Counted from the first letter of the stretch, positions 49,391-63,040 are shown. The stretch: DNA of 64,000 bases from Rhina ancylostomus (GCA_030265395.1 JARFYF010000055.1:21368076-21432075); one strand, 5' to 3'. Notes: generated from the sequence alone by a model not told the origin. Made by a program: numbers and translations.

Positions 49391-51620
49391 ATGAAATGGT
49401 TAATTGATGGAAGCAAAAATCCAATTCACATCTTGGTCTGAGAATGAGAAGGACATATTCAAAAATCAATTGAAGTGTTTGCTAGAAAGGAGTGATTTCA
49501 AAACATCCAACAGTATAAACTTCTTTGATGAAGCCTTTGATGCTGCCAATTTACATATCACCAAACACCCACATGAACAAAATACTATGTGTATTTCCAG
49601 GCTCTTAATGCAGATATTTATGACTGAATGATAATTGTCCACTTCAAGTTAATTAGAGTGCCTTGAGATGGGCAAGGCAACTACCATCATGAAAATATGA
49701 CAGGGCAAATGCAGGGCAACTAACTGCATGGGTGCCTTAAGTGCCACAACAATGTCATTAACTTCAACAAGACCAGCTTTGTGGAATAAGATGCAATAAA
49801 CCTAATGACGAATCTGAATCTAGTGATGAAGCAAAAAAATCTTAAAGCAGAGGAGTAATTTGAATCTGCGTTTGACAACCAACTTTACCCTGGAAAGTAT
49901 TTGTTGAAATGGGTTGGGTGCAAATCAAGCAGGAGAGTAGTACATAGACAGATGGAATTGGCTGAACTTGTCCAAGTTTGCCACTTGTAGACGCCACATC
50001 GCCTGCCCACCCACACCTGGTCTCGATGTTGGGGGCAGATCTTACAGACCTTCTATATCTGGGGGTTAGGTGACAAGGCTTATGGAGACCTCAGAGGTGT
50101 GTAAGCCCCAGGAAGGATGGTCCCAAGACCCTATGAGTCGAAAGTCCTGATAGCCTACGACAGGAGCCAAAGCTAAATTTGGGCTTCATCTCCGATTGAA
50201 GATATTCAAAGTGTAGACTCCCTCTTGTGCTACTGTTAAAGATCCCAACTAAAATGATCCACTTTGACCACTCTTCACTGAACTGAGAAATCTCATATCA
50301 ATGCAGTGGGGGATTGCTTTTGATCTTGCACTGAGCCACATTGATGATCAAGAAGTGAGCTTTACTCTGAACTAACATGTGCTGTCCTTGAACAGGGAAT
50401 GTTCAATGCTAATGAAGCTTGCTCTGAATAGAGAAATATAAAAGGCGACAAAAAATTATTTTTCAAGTTACATGGTTGGCATGTAGAGGTCACTAAATAA
50501 AAGTGAAAAACAAATTAGCTTTCAAAACAATGCCATAGTGTAACAGTATTGTTTAACAGTAGGAGGTCCAACAAGAACACTAACTTATTCAAAAGCTCAG
50601 ATTTTGCTTGGGTCTTGCCAGCAGTCCCAGGATGCCAGCCAGTTTGGGACTCCCATGCAAACACATGTCAAGCTCCATTACCATTTTCCCAGCTGTGCTT
50701 CACTGCTGCACTCTGCTCCAGGAGTTCAAAAGTGGAGCACAAGCTTGCTGAGATTCTCCAGCTTGGAAACCTACTTTCAGGTCCAGCATCAGGTTAGACC
50801 TGGTATGGGGTTTGCAAGCCTATTTTTTTTTAAATCAGGGATTTTACACCTAAGAGGAAGGAAGACTAAGGAATTCTTTTTTTAAAATTATGTGCATTTG
50901 CATGAATTATTTAAAAGAGCTTTTAAAAGTTTTTAGGTGATTTAAAAAAATGTAATTACTTTAATAATATTTTTAATTGCTATTTTTGATGCTTTTTTTT
51001 AGAAACTATTTCTCAAGGTCAGGGACATACAGAAGTGTTGAAAGCCTTTACAACTTTGGTGTCAGTGATGATTTAGCAGAAATAATCCTTGGGTGGAGCT
51101 TGTTCTGCCCACCATTGTGTGCGTATTTCTGTTATGCCATTTCAGTCTCATCACTTGGCTCAGACATTCTTGGGCAACAAGATGACCTTTTTGGATTTGG
51201 ACAAAGTATGCAGTATCAGCTGTGTTCAATGGTGAACGTATGTGGTTGGCTGGAGTCAGGAAAATCCTTACCATTTATGATCTATTCTACATTTGATTTC
51301 TCCAAAGCAAATTAGATCACTTGTACTAACTCATGATTATTTCCTGCAATGATCTCTGTCTAACCAAAGTGAGTTGGGCCACTAAGAGAGATTGAAGATG
51401 CTTAGAACACCTGAGAATGGTTACTGTTCTTTACCAGTATTATTTAGCTGAACTAAACTGTCCAGAGGTTCTCACAGTTCCTCTAACATGACTTAAAACT
51501 TACAGAATTTTGTCAGTCTAGCTATATGCATACAAATTTACTGAGAAGCATAACTGGAATTTTCAAATACGATGCAAGCCTTTAAATGCCATTATAATAA
51601 GAAAATAAATTATGTCATAC

Positions 51621-51937
51621 TTTGGAATGAAGCATGCTATAACGATTGTTGGCATCTTCTAACTTCTCCTTCACTAGTGTGCTGGTAACAGAGGGATCGA
51701 TAGGAGCCTTAACATCTTCATTTGCATTAGCTTCAGCAAAGACATCTGCAGCATCCAAGACCTTTTGCCCAGAGATTGTGATATATCTTAGATCCCCTTT
51801 GTGAGAAATAACATCTTCAGAGAAACACTTCTGTTTCTGCAGCTTGACTTGCAATGAATTGGAGTCTATTTCACCAGCTTTCATCTCTTCTAGTTCATAC
51901 TCAGACTGAATTAGCCAAGCCTCAAATTCACCATGAT
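51621..51937 (-). CDS. MACF1: MACF1 rod exon (D)HGEFEAWL...FSEDVISHKGDLRYITISGQKVLD...LHSK
   Basis: aaaatag|AT ... AAA|gtatga; 317 nt, phase 1-0; FSEDVISHKGDLR motif conserved in MACF1/DST. Confidence 0.96.
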
Positions 51938-52189
51938 CTATTTTAAAAAAATTAGATGGTTATCAAATAATAAAGATGTTTTAGAGCATATGTTTTAGAG
52001 CATTCAAAATGGTCAGAAAATGTCCCAAGTTATTTAGACTTTACTCAGTAACAATTACTAGAACTGATCTCCAGATCATGTTATTCCAAACCATACGCAG
52101 CTTTGTGTCATTTTACTTATAATTCTTTTCAGTTCTCAGTAAATAGACTTGTATTGAAATTTGGAAAACAAATCAACTCTTTCAATTAC

Positions 52190-52418
52190 CTTTTAGAAAC
52201 TTTTGGAGTTCTTCCTGTAGGGCGTGAACATGTTTCAGCTGAGTGTCTGCGTGTAACAGTGCTGTCTCATACTGCTCCTTCAAATCATTCAGATTACTCT
52301 GCAGTTGTTTTTTCTCTTCTGGCAAAAGATTATGGCCATGTTTGTCCAGAAAGGACTGAGCTGACTGTGTCGCTAACACAAAAGCTTGCTGTTGCGATAA
52401 CAACATTTCATGATGTTC
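52190..52418 (-). CDS. MACF1: MACF1 rod exon EHHEMLLSQQQAFVLATQSAQSFLDKHGHNL...QKFLK
   Basis: gttttttag|GAA ... AAAG|gtaatt; 229 nt, phase 0-1; LLSQQQxFxLATQSAQxFL is a spectraplakin rod motif. Confidence 0.95.
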
Positions 52419-53239
52419 CTAAAAAACAAAAAAGCAATGCGTACTAAAGTTCATTTTCATTGTTCTAAGTTGGTCTTGAGGAGTTAAGACTTCTATTTAG
52501 CACAAGTGCAATTGAAATAAAGTACATACAAAAAAAAATTAGAGCTACATTACAGATTTGCTTTATGTCTTGAACCTTAAATAGTATCATCATATCAGAC
52601 ACCCAATCAATTATTTTTTTATATATCACAAATCAGCTTGTGAAGGCAAATTATTTAAAATTAAAGCTTTGGGATCCTTTTATTTGTAAAATAATGAGTA
52701 ATGTTGAGAATGCATGTATAACTAGAATATATCACATTTTTAACTAACAATAAATTAAACTGCCTGCTCCTAATGTTTATATACATTTCCTTCCTTGTCA
52801 AATAAACAGACTTAGCTTTATTTAAACTTTAGGTTATTAAACACTTATCATTAGAACTTCAAAGTATCTCATTCTTATCTTTGCATTTCAGGATTTAATA
52901 TTCTTTCATGATGTACAAGCTAACACATTAAAAAACCCAACCATGGCTGACTTCATTGTTTTTTTTATCCTTACCATTTTATTTAATGTTCTTTGGTGTT
53001 TCCTAGACTTTGTTCAAGTGGCATTATTACAGATGTACACAGAAGAATAATCTGTGTACATTTTAAGCAGTGCTTTACTAAAGAAAGTTAAAGCCAATTG
53101 GCAAATGCTTAATATTCCTTGCCCAATTTCCCTCCACTATGAAAACATAACTTGAGCGCTACAGGTTACAGAATGACANNNNNNNNNNTGAAAATGAAGT
53201 AAATGCTGTAGTGAAAGTATTCTATGTGATTGTTATTTA

Positions 53240-54345
53240 TGGGTTCATTTTTCAAGATGCAGGTGTCACTGACAAGGCCTAAATACCCTCAAGGTCATTC
53301 TGAGGCACTTTCTTGAACTGCTGTAGTCCTTCTGGTGAAGATCCTCCTATACAGCTGTTAGGTTAGGAGTTCTGGGGTTTAGACCCTGCAATGGTGAACG
53401 AATGGCAATTCGTCTCCCAGTCGGAATGGAGTGCAACTTGGAGGGGAAGCAGAGGGTAGTAGTGTTCCCATGCATCTCCTTCTCAACGACAGAGGAGGTC
53501 ACTCGTTTTGGAATTGTCTGGATGCAGTTCATTCTGTTGACAGCATACACACAATCTCAGCACAATGTTGGTGGAGAGAATCAATGCTTAGGATGGTGTA
53601 TGGATGCCAATCAAGCCAGCTGCTTTGCACCCCTGTTCAGGTCCTTGGGCATTTCTGGGTGAAGATGATTTCTGTAATAGTGTCAGGAGGAAGTCATGGT
53701 GGATCACCCACATAGCACTGCTGGCTGAACATGGTTGCAAATGTTTTAACCTCAACTTTGGTTTTCAAAAGCTGGGACCTGCCACTCTTGAGAATGGGGA
53801 TATTCTTGGTGCCTTTTTCTCCTGTTAACTGTCAACCACCTTTTGTGACTTAACCGACAGCACTGCAGAGTTCAAATTTCACGTGTTGTTTGTGTTATCT
53901 CTTAATTCTGTCTAATGAATGCTGTTCAGATGCACTTTGTCCTGTGTTGTAACATCACCAGATTGGCACCCCATTTATAGATGAACCTATTGTTCTGTCG
54001 TGCATGTCTGCATTCCTTATTAACCAGGGTTGATTCCTTGGCTTGGTTGTGATGGCAGAGCTCATGATGAGAGGTGGCACCTTCCTGCTGGGGCTGCGAA
54101 TGGTCCTTTGCACTTCTTGGCTACTCAGTTTTAAGCCGTCAGATTGGTCCTGATTCCATTCCATTTAGCACTGTGGTTGTACCATGCAGCAGGATAGGAG
54201 CCCTTGGAGTGAAATAGGACTCCATTTCCACTGTGAAGGTAGCTTCTTCTTCTGCTGTCAGAAACAGATACATCTGCAACTGGTAGATCGGTATGGGTAG
54301 GTCGAATAGGTTTACTCATGAGCTGTTCCAAACCAGTTCATAGAC
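53240..54345 (-). mobile_element. L2-group LINE fragment, 3' end toward 53240
   Basis: cttcttgaactgctgtagtcc...caacttggaggggaagc...gtagtgttcccatgc is the reverse of the tail at 2800-2858. Confidence 0.7.
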
Positions 54346-54399
54346 CTTCATGAGGAGGACTTTGCAAGGTTGAGTGGACAAGCAGTGACTTTGCCACGT

Positions 54400-54700
54400 T
54401 AGAATTCATTGCAGAGATTTGTTTTCTGTTCTAAAATGGCAGTTGTGAATAGCTTGCAAGGCTAATTCAAAGGGTTATTAAGAGGTAATCACATTTTGGA
54501 GGGTCTGGGGTCACCAAATTGGGAAAGGATCTTTCTTTCCCTGAAGAACATCAATGCCCAGATTTTGTAATGATACATTATTGCTAAGATTAGTCTTTTT
54601 AAAATAGAAAAGCTGCCATGGGGAGATTTGAACTGATGACTCTGGATTGTTAGTCCAGGCCCCCTGAGCAGACTGCAGCACTTAGTTATAAATGTGGTTT
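54400..54700 (-). mobile_element. Decayed SINE-like fragment
   Basis: ctgccatggggagatttgaac (reverse B-box-like) and ttccctgaagaacatcaatg core. Confidence 0.4.
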
Positions 54701-54849
54701 AGGAGGATCTACAAGGTCTTTGAATATGATTGGGACAAGGCAATCAAAGGCCAATCAAAATTCAACTTAAGCTTAATTAGAACTTAAATTGGTCATTATA
54801 TTGATAGAAAGATATAACTCTTCACGTTAGTGACATTTCACCAGATCTG

Positions 54850-55790
54850 TTCTGCTCAGGAGTTCTGATGAAAAGTCCATTCTGAAATGTTAATAGTTTA
54901 TCTCTACAGATACTGCTCAACCTGCTGATTATTTTAGATATATAACTTTTGCAGTATCTTGGTTTTGTCACATAATAAATTGTTTAATTAGAATGGAGCT
55001 GATTAGGCAGCTAGGAGAGGAACAGAAATTCACAGCTAACAAAATCAGAAAATACTGGAAATATTCAGACATAATCTGTGGAGAGAGAAGCAGAGCTACT
55101 TCTTAATTACTTTTATCAGGGGAAGGGTTTTAAGATGCAGACTGATTTATGTCCTTATTCTCCAAACCTGTTCCAATGAAGTTCAACACAAGCTCAATGA
55201 TGAGAACTTCATCTTCCAACCACCCACATTACAGCCATATTCACCACGTTCGACAGTCTCGGATGGTCAGAATGCTCACCATTTTTATTTTGGATTTCCA
55301 ACATTCAAACTATTTCCAACTAATAATTTGCCCTTTCCCAGGTACGCCTCCTTCAGACTTGCCTTCAATTCGTTCTCTCATTATCTTCCTCTGCCTTGCA
55401 TCAATGCATTTTCCTGCTTTTTAATCTTTCCAGCTATCCATCCTTATCACACGCCTCCCCTTTTGTTTGCTCCTCCCATCCCCCTCTATCTCTGCATCTC
55501 AAATTTCATCCATCACTGACTTCCCCCAATTTTGATGAAAGGATGACAACTTGAAATATTACTTTTGTTTTTCCCTGCAAAGACCCGTTGAATACTTTGT
55601 TTTTATTTTGGATTTCCAACAGCATTTTGCTTTCACAGTAAAAATGACAGTATATTAAAACAAAACAAATTTAGTAAAGCAAATTATTGCAAAAGGTTAG
55701 AAACATGAAATAGAAACAGAAAATTCTGGAAACAGAGATGCTGCCTGACCTGCTACATGTTTCCAAAATTTTCAGATGTTTACCAACATT
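54850..55790. mobile_element. Cluster of Penelope-like terminal-repeat fragments
   Basis: Repeated modules ctgatgaa...gaaa...ctctacagatactgc...acctgctga and the inverse gaaaatactggaaatattcag...ctgtggagagagaagcagag. Confidence 0.55.
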
Positions 55791-55954
55791 GATTTCTTGC
55801 ATCTAAGCAGATAATGTACAGAAGTTCTCTTTAAGCTGTAACATTATTTCTATTTGACATTAAGATCAAAACAACAGAGCAGAGATTTTCTTTTATTCAT
55901 TATTGCAATTGTTCAAACATGCACGTGTACAAAAATCTCTGGGAGTGTTCATAC

Positions 55955-56218
55955 CTTCAATGCCTGTTGCTGCTGGTTCAGGTTTCCACCCATTCCAGCT
56001 AGTGTATCCATTACATCATTCTGGTCTTGCAGCTGTAAACCATTTCCTAATGCATCGATTTCATCTTCATTGATGCAAACTCCACGCTTTGCATTCGGTT
56101 CCTCCCGAGGCCGTGCATGATGAGAATACGATGCTGTCTGCTGTCCCAGGGCTGACAGCCACTCCAAAAGACCATCTATTTTTACCTTATTTTCTTCAAG
56201 TTCCTCTTCTGCTTTGGC
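55955..56218 (-). CDS. MACF1: MACF1 rod exon AKAEEELEENKVKIDGLLEW...QQALK
   Basis: gattatag|GCC ... AAG|gtatga; 264 nt, phase 0-0; resembles MACF1 KELAENKKKIDALLDW. Confidence 0.92.
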
Positions 56219-56559
56219 CTATAATCACAAAATTCTGTTAGTTTGAAGATATTATGAAGTTTTCATAGAAGCTCTGATGTTTTACAAAATTTCAGTGGCA
56301 TTTAAACATTCTCTCATGTTCTTGGGCAAACCCTTGGGATTGAGGTCGACTCTCAGTCAGATGAGTGGAAGGTTCCCATGCATAAATTCTGTGACGATTG
56401 CACACCATTTCAATTAAAACATACATATGGATAAATACATGGTCTTGCCCACAGTCATGGTCCAGTGGGAAGGAGGTTGAAAATACTGAAGACCGGGTTC
56501 TGCTGAACAGACAGGTACACTGATACTCTTTAACCAACCACACAGAGATAAATATATGA

Positions 56560-57130
56560 TCTTACCCACTCCCTCTTCCTCAGCTTCCTCCCATTGTTTA
56601 TCCCTGCCCTGGCTTTCTCCATTGCTTTCTTGATCCACTTTCTTGTTAGCTCCCTCCCCCTGAACTCACCTTTCCTCTTAGCCCCTTGCTTTCTATCTTC
56701 ATTTCCCCGTGCTCTCCCCCACAGCCTCCAAATCTCCGCCTCCGGGTCAACTACTCTCTCCTCGTGTGAGGTCACTTCCACTGCCACCACTCACACTCTT
56801 CAGGTTTGCTGTGTCATTGCCAATCACTCGTCCATCACCAACAATGTCACCCCCACTCTCAGTTATACGAAGCCTGTGGCCTAGCTTATACCTTGTGAAT
56901 CTCTCCCAGAAAACTTAAAATTTTCAGTCACATGCCTTATGCTCTGTACTTCAATGATAGCTTCATTGCTCAGGATCCCATTGCACAGCAGCTATTTCCA
57001 CTACTCTGCCTCATACTCTTCAGCCAATTAAAGGCCAAACCCAACTCCAGTTCCACAACCCATCACCAATGCTCACATTGCTACACGTGCCACAAGGCCC
57101 ATCTGCATCTTTACTACTTCAAAAGCTAAC
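56560..57130 (+). mobile_element. Decayed L2-type LINE fragment
   Basis: C/T-rich plus strand typical of L2 ORF2; no intact frame. Confidence 0.35.
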
Positions 57131-57683
57131 AAGTGCAGGAAAATTATTTTAGAACAATTACAATAACAAAACTTTTATGTTCTTATCCACTGTACTTTGA
57201 CTGGGACCTGTTTTTCATGTGTGTGGATTACAATTTCTAAACTTGGCATTTGCATTATCAAACTCCAATTTTCTATGGAACTATAAAAACTGGGAAACAA
57301 TAATGATCTAAGTATTAAATTGCTGCTATTTCACCTCTATTCTTTAAAACTGTTGAGCATGGTTTGTCAATATAAAAAGACTATTGCAGTACAGTACACC
57401 CACATGTTATGCAGGATTTGTACTCCCAGAAAACCATCCATGTCGCGATTTTCTGTATTGCAAGCACTTGACAAAATTTGTTGTTTCTTTTGCATTGTGT
57501 CTACTTAGTTATTTTTTTCCTCACATAATTTCCGTGAAGTGTGAATTTTTATTCCATTTCTCAAATATTTTGGTCATGATTTATGAATTCCATAAGGGCG
57601 AATTTCAGTTACCTGGACTGCCGTAATGTGGGATACACTGTACTGACTTTCAACACTTCTACAGATTTTCTCTTGGGTATTAC

Positions 57684-57917
57684 CTTTTCAGATTCTTGCT
57701 GGACAGCTTTTGTTAAGGCACTGTCTACTTGTTTCTGGAGTTTCTCAGCACTTTGACTCAAGACTTTGTGCTGAGCCTTGACTTCCAATAGCTTTGTTTC
57801 AACTTTTGCCAATTCTTCAGTATCCAGTTTTCCCTGGTTCTCCTCCAGTAAATGTTCTGTGGCTTTGATCACATCCTCTATAACAGCAGTGCGTGATTGC
57901 ATGTCTTTTTGTAATGC
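57684..57917 (-). CDS. MACF1: MACF1 rod exon ALQKDMQSR...QQESEK
   Basis: ccctcttag|GCA ... AAG|gtaata; 234 nt, phase 0-0. Confidence 0.93.
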
Positions 57918-60214
57918 CTAAGAGGGAACATAACAGCAAATCAATTTAATTGATTTTCTGAGAGAAAAGAAACATAAAATAAAATTAAACTGACAATATA
58001 TCTTTTACATATGTGTACTTCCTGCCTGAATCAACCAAATTTTTGTACCCTTGTTTTGGGCACACTTTTTTTTGAAAAAGCAAAAGATCATTCCCAAAAT
58101 TCTAAAGGATTTTACCCAAGTAAACTTGCTGCATTCTGTTCTGGTCACTGAGTCACTGCATGTAGGACCTGGTAAAGTTTCTGGGTGTACACCTGTGAAA
58201 AGTCTTAGACTAACTGCCTGCCAATCTTTTTCTCTGGAGGAAAACTCAACACATTCTTAAATATTTTAGTTTACTTCCCCACCCACCCCACCTCCCTTTG
58301 TTCAGGAAACTCTAATATNNNNNNNNNNNNNNNNNNNNNNNNNNNNNNNNNNNNNNGTGTCTGTTGTGATGTCATCAATCAATAAGATCCCATTGAATTT
58401 TGCACGGACAACAATTTTTTCAGTACCAAGGTTATCCAGTTCATATCACTGTACAGTTGAGAAGTAGTGATATTTGTGTCAGTGACAAAAGCAGTTCATA
58501 GTCAACCCTCTGCTATTTCTTTCATACCATATAGAGTGGATCCAGCTGTAAATTCTGAAAACTCAAAGATATTCACAATTGCTATTATGTGTTGAAGAAA
58601 GCAAGCAACTACAAGCAGTTTGAGATATGGAAAATATTTTACATGATATTAACTATGCTTCTGCTAAATACCTCAATGACACTTGTAATAGTACTGAATT
58701 TCATTTAAACTATAAAACTGGAGATCTAAAAAAAGTGTTTTAAGAATAGAGTTTAAGTGAATTGAGTTCCAAAAGTGACGGTTCATCTCATAAAAATGAT
58801 TTAGAGAAAAGACAAAATACAGGCTTTATTGCAAAAACTTAAAAATTCTTGTGCTGAAAAATTAGTATTATCTTTGCTTCATCTGAAGATTTTACACATG
58901 CATTGATGCATGTATAAGTTACAAAGGACATGTAGGATTATTTTACTGTTGTAGAACAGCTGAATAATTTTGATATTGATGCTTATGTGTGCTTATTTGT
59001 AATTAAATTTTAAGAACAGATGATAGTCTAATTTCTCAACTAGACCTTCTCCATCGTACATGGAAAATACACTGCCACTTCCATACCATCATCTTTTTAT
59101 CTTGCAACATTTTCACAACACAGAAGTGGACCACTAACCTCAATGCCGCGTTCTTCATGAACTTCCTCTGTCCATAAAGCCCTCCTCTTGCTTCCACAAG
59201 TGTTTAGTATAACTCTCCCTTAAATGTATCAATGCCAGTTAACTTCCGTGCAACTGACAGCAGTTTATCCAATTTGTGGATCAACTGTGTCACCTAATCC
59301 CAGTTCCTACATGTCATTGCCCCAGTCCCGACGCTCTGATCATCCTTCCAGTTTCTCACCCAGGTGGAATCCCAGGGTGGGACTGCTACTATCCCGGCTG
59401 GAGACTGGTGCGCAGCTGCTGTTCCAGCTGAAGCGTATTTAGATATAGTATTTACTTAGCTACTGATCTACCCTCAGTTGAAGAATCTCCAAGTCATTTT
59501 ACATAAATATCAAGTATTGTGCAACAAGTTTCATGCCTTTTAATGTGTTTTGCACCATCTGTATTTATGCATTTTTAAGGAGCTGCTCCACTTGATTATC
59601 CTGGAGCCAAGAGTTAATTATCCTGGAGCTAATCGAGAGTCAAGTGTACTCCTCATCATAGCAAGTTCTACATTCTAATCACCCTCATAGGTAAATTACT
59701 TTATTTGCATTTTTCCACTTCNNNNNNNNNNNNNNNNNNNNNNNNNNNNNNNNNNNNNNNNNNNNNNNNNNNNNNNNNNNNNNNNNNNNNNNNNNNNNNN
59801 NNNNNNNNNNNNNNNNNNNNNTTCAATTCATTATTACTATATTTATAAAACCCCAATTTTCAGTGCTAGAAATTATCCTTAAACTTGGTTTATCATTTTC
59901 TAATGACACCATTACGACAACTTCACATCAATCCAGAAATCCCCATTTCAATATTTAAGCCTGGCTTTAAGTCCAGGCCCAGATTCTTTGCAGGTGTTGG
60001 TGGTTGGGGATTCTGGGGGGCGAAAGGGTGTAGGAGGGAGGTGGAAGTGCAAGTGGAGGTTGCCTTACAAGGTTGCAGGAAGAGTTTACAAAAGTAGTTA
60101 AACAGAAGTGAGAGAGACTATGGAGTTGTCATAAACCCTGAATGGGTGGGCAGCAGGTAGAGTCCCACCAGAAAGATTGGGGGCCGTAACATCAAAAGAT
60201 AGTTATAGGAAGAG

Positions 60215-60473
60215 ACTGCAGATGCTGGAATCCAGAGGACAAGCAAATTGCTGGAAGAACTCAGCCTGTCAGGCAGCATCTGTGGAGGGAAATGGATGGT
60301 CAATGTTTCAGGTCAAGAATGCCCAGATGAAGGGATATTGGGCACACTCAGCAGCTGAGTGAGCAACAGAGTTAAATCCTTACGTTAATGAACTTTTATC
60401 AGAACAGCTAATGCCTGATCTGCTGAATATCCAGAATTTTCTATCTTTATTTCAGACTTCCAGCATTTGCAGT
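60215..60473. mobile_element. Palindromic Penelope-like terminal-repeat element
   Basis: Ends actgcagatgctggaa (60215-60230) and ttccagcatttgcagt (60458-60473) are 15/16 inverted; internal gaactcagc...caggcagcatctgtggaggga. Confidence 0.65.
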
Positions 60474-61124
60474 TTTCCAACGACCTTTAAATCCTAATCC
60501 CCAACATTTTCTGTTTCTCTTTTAGGAATTAAAGGGACTCACTGAGACTGGCAAAATGTGAGCAGTGATGTTCCAAAGGAAGGGATGCTGGGAATCATTG
60601 TTCACTATTTTAGACTAAGGATCTTAATAAGGTCATCATAATTTCAGGGTCATCTTGCAATCCAGTTCACAGCTTGTCTGTAATTACACAGATCTTTCAG
60701 AAATCTTAAACTATTACAGTACCCTTATGACTGATATACAGTAAAGTTGGTCAAGAACTTCCCTTTTAAAATCTGTGCTGACTACTTAATTATATTTTCA
60801 GTTTATATTTTCTTATTGTTGATTTTCACATAAAAATTTAATTATCTTTTTCACCTGTGAATGTTATGCTAAATGGTCTGTAGGATCCTTGGGCTCATAC
60901 TGACTACCTGTATAAATCGAGGAATTACTTGAACCATCCCCAGATGCCAGTGCTGAAGACTGTACTTATTAAGGAAAATGAATTCTATGTTTGCTATTAT
61001 CTTTCAAAAGACAAGAGAATTTCCCTTTGGTTTTGTCCCTTTCACATTTTAAATCTGATGTTGGAAAAAATTGATTGAGTTAATGCAAAAGATGCTCTTT
61101 GATTATAAAATTACTATCACTAAC

Positions 61125-61274
61125 CTGAATCGCATTCTGTTGCTCCTGAAGAGCTGGAAGGTCACACTCACTAACTGCCACCTGGTGATTGGCTACCATG
61201 TTAGCTGTCTGAGTCAGCCACGTACCAAGCTCATCCAGCTTTTGCTTGCATTCCTCCTGTTGTTCCTGTCGCGT
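61125..61274 (-). CDS. MACF1: MACF1 rod exon TRQEQQEECKQKLDELGTWL...QQNAIQ
   Basis: tttctttacag|ACG ... CAG|gttagt; 150 nt, phase 0-0; spectrin-repeat helix A Trp. Confidence 0.92.
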
Positions 61275-62493
61275 CTGTAAAGAAACAAAAATGTACATTC
61301 CCCATTTCCATCTGTGTGTGCTGCTAATTCTCATAACTGGCATTTTAAAATACAACTTAAATGATGTCTATAGAACACCTTTGGCTGGGTGGACACAATA
61401 GATATATGCAGATTTTTGATGCAAGCCAATAAAATTTTCAACATTACTTGAGCAAACTCAATAAGGACCATCATGAACATGTAGTTGTACAAATGGTCTA
61501 CAAATCATCAAAATTTCCAGTTCCAGCACATTTGGAATCAAATATGATTAGGAATTGATTTGGAATATTTAAGATTTTGAAAGCTGTGCTTGAAAACTAA
61601 TAATCTGTGATCTACAAATCTAGATGGATGGAAACGGATTGATTACATTTTAATGCATTTGATTTCATGACAGATGAAAAAAATCAATGGGTGTTGTTTC
61701 CAGTTAAAAATTTATGTACTGTGACATGTAGATAAAAAGCTTGCACTACACATTCAGATATCTGTGAAGAACATTTGGTTGAGGCAATTTTCAGAGTTGC
61801 TTGAAAGTAAACAGCAGTCACAAGCAATATGTTCCCATCTCCAGCCCTTAGATGCACTACAGATACCACATTATGAATTAGTACAATTGAGCAAGATGTG
61901 TCACAAATACACAGGGAAGCCACTGTGTGGAGACTTGGAGACTTCACAGATACATGTTTTAGAAGCAGCAAAGTATCAGTTGTTATTGAACGACAATGAC
62001 AAGAACTATTAGCATGTGGTCTTGTAGTTAAAAACCACAATTAACACTTCAATGACCATTTTCAGATCCACTGCAAAGCATTATCTTCATTATGTGAGCC
62101 ATGGCGGTTAACGGAACAAAAGTATCTGGAAAAAGCAAGGCAAAACAGGTTACAAGATTGACCCAATGAACATTGGTTAGAGGGTTACTGAAAGCATTGC
62201 AGCTGGACAAAAGACACACAAATAGTCCACACAGTCTGTTTAGGTATCACACTTATATACAATACACACTCTGGTTCAAACTCCATGGAATTCCTTCTAA
62301 GTACTTGGATTTTGCACTGTTTTACCTAGTTCATGTTAAACCTAGTTCACGTTAAACCTTACTAAAAAATCAGCTGGAGTACTACCAACCAATATTTCTA
62401 TCACCTGAATATAGCTGAGCACATTTGTTCTCAAATAGCCAATTGATCCCAGTTTATTTCTAAATTAATTCAATTATTATACAAATCTATTTA

Positions 62494-63040
62494 CAGTAAA
62501 ACTCCATTAATCCAGCACACTTGGGACTTTGATGGTGCCAGGTTAACAAATTTTCCAGACTATCGGATGTCATTTAATCAATATTCCAATAGACTTTTAA
62601 TACACTTTTTAAAAGATGTTACACCATAACATTTTAGTTAACCTAGTAGGTTTAAAAGGGAGTGTGGGAAACAGAACAGGGTAGATCTTGAGGGAGCATG
62701 GGAAATGGAACCAGATAAATTTCAAGGGAGGGTGGCCACCAGAGCCAGACAAGATTAAAGGGAGAGCGGGAACTGGAGCCCCAGTGAGCAGAGGTGGAGG
62801 TCCGTACCCGAGCCTTGGAGAGCGGACACAGAGGACAGAAACCAGGGCCCTGGCCAGTAGGAAGGGGGCACCAGAACGGGAAAGGAGCATGGCCACCAAG
62901 TGAGTGGAAAGGAAGCACGCGAGCTGGGTCCCCAGTGAGTGGAAATCACAAACATCATCTGTTGAGCCAGATGCTGAACTGTCAGGATTTCCAATTGCTG
63001 GACAGTGAATATATAAATAAAACTCCAATAATCCAATGTC
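62494..63040. mobile_element. Putative Tigger-like non-autonomous DNA element with a G-rich core
   Basis: Begins ta|CAGTAAAACTCCATTAATCC; right inverted terminus not clearly seen. Confidence 0.4.
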
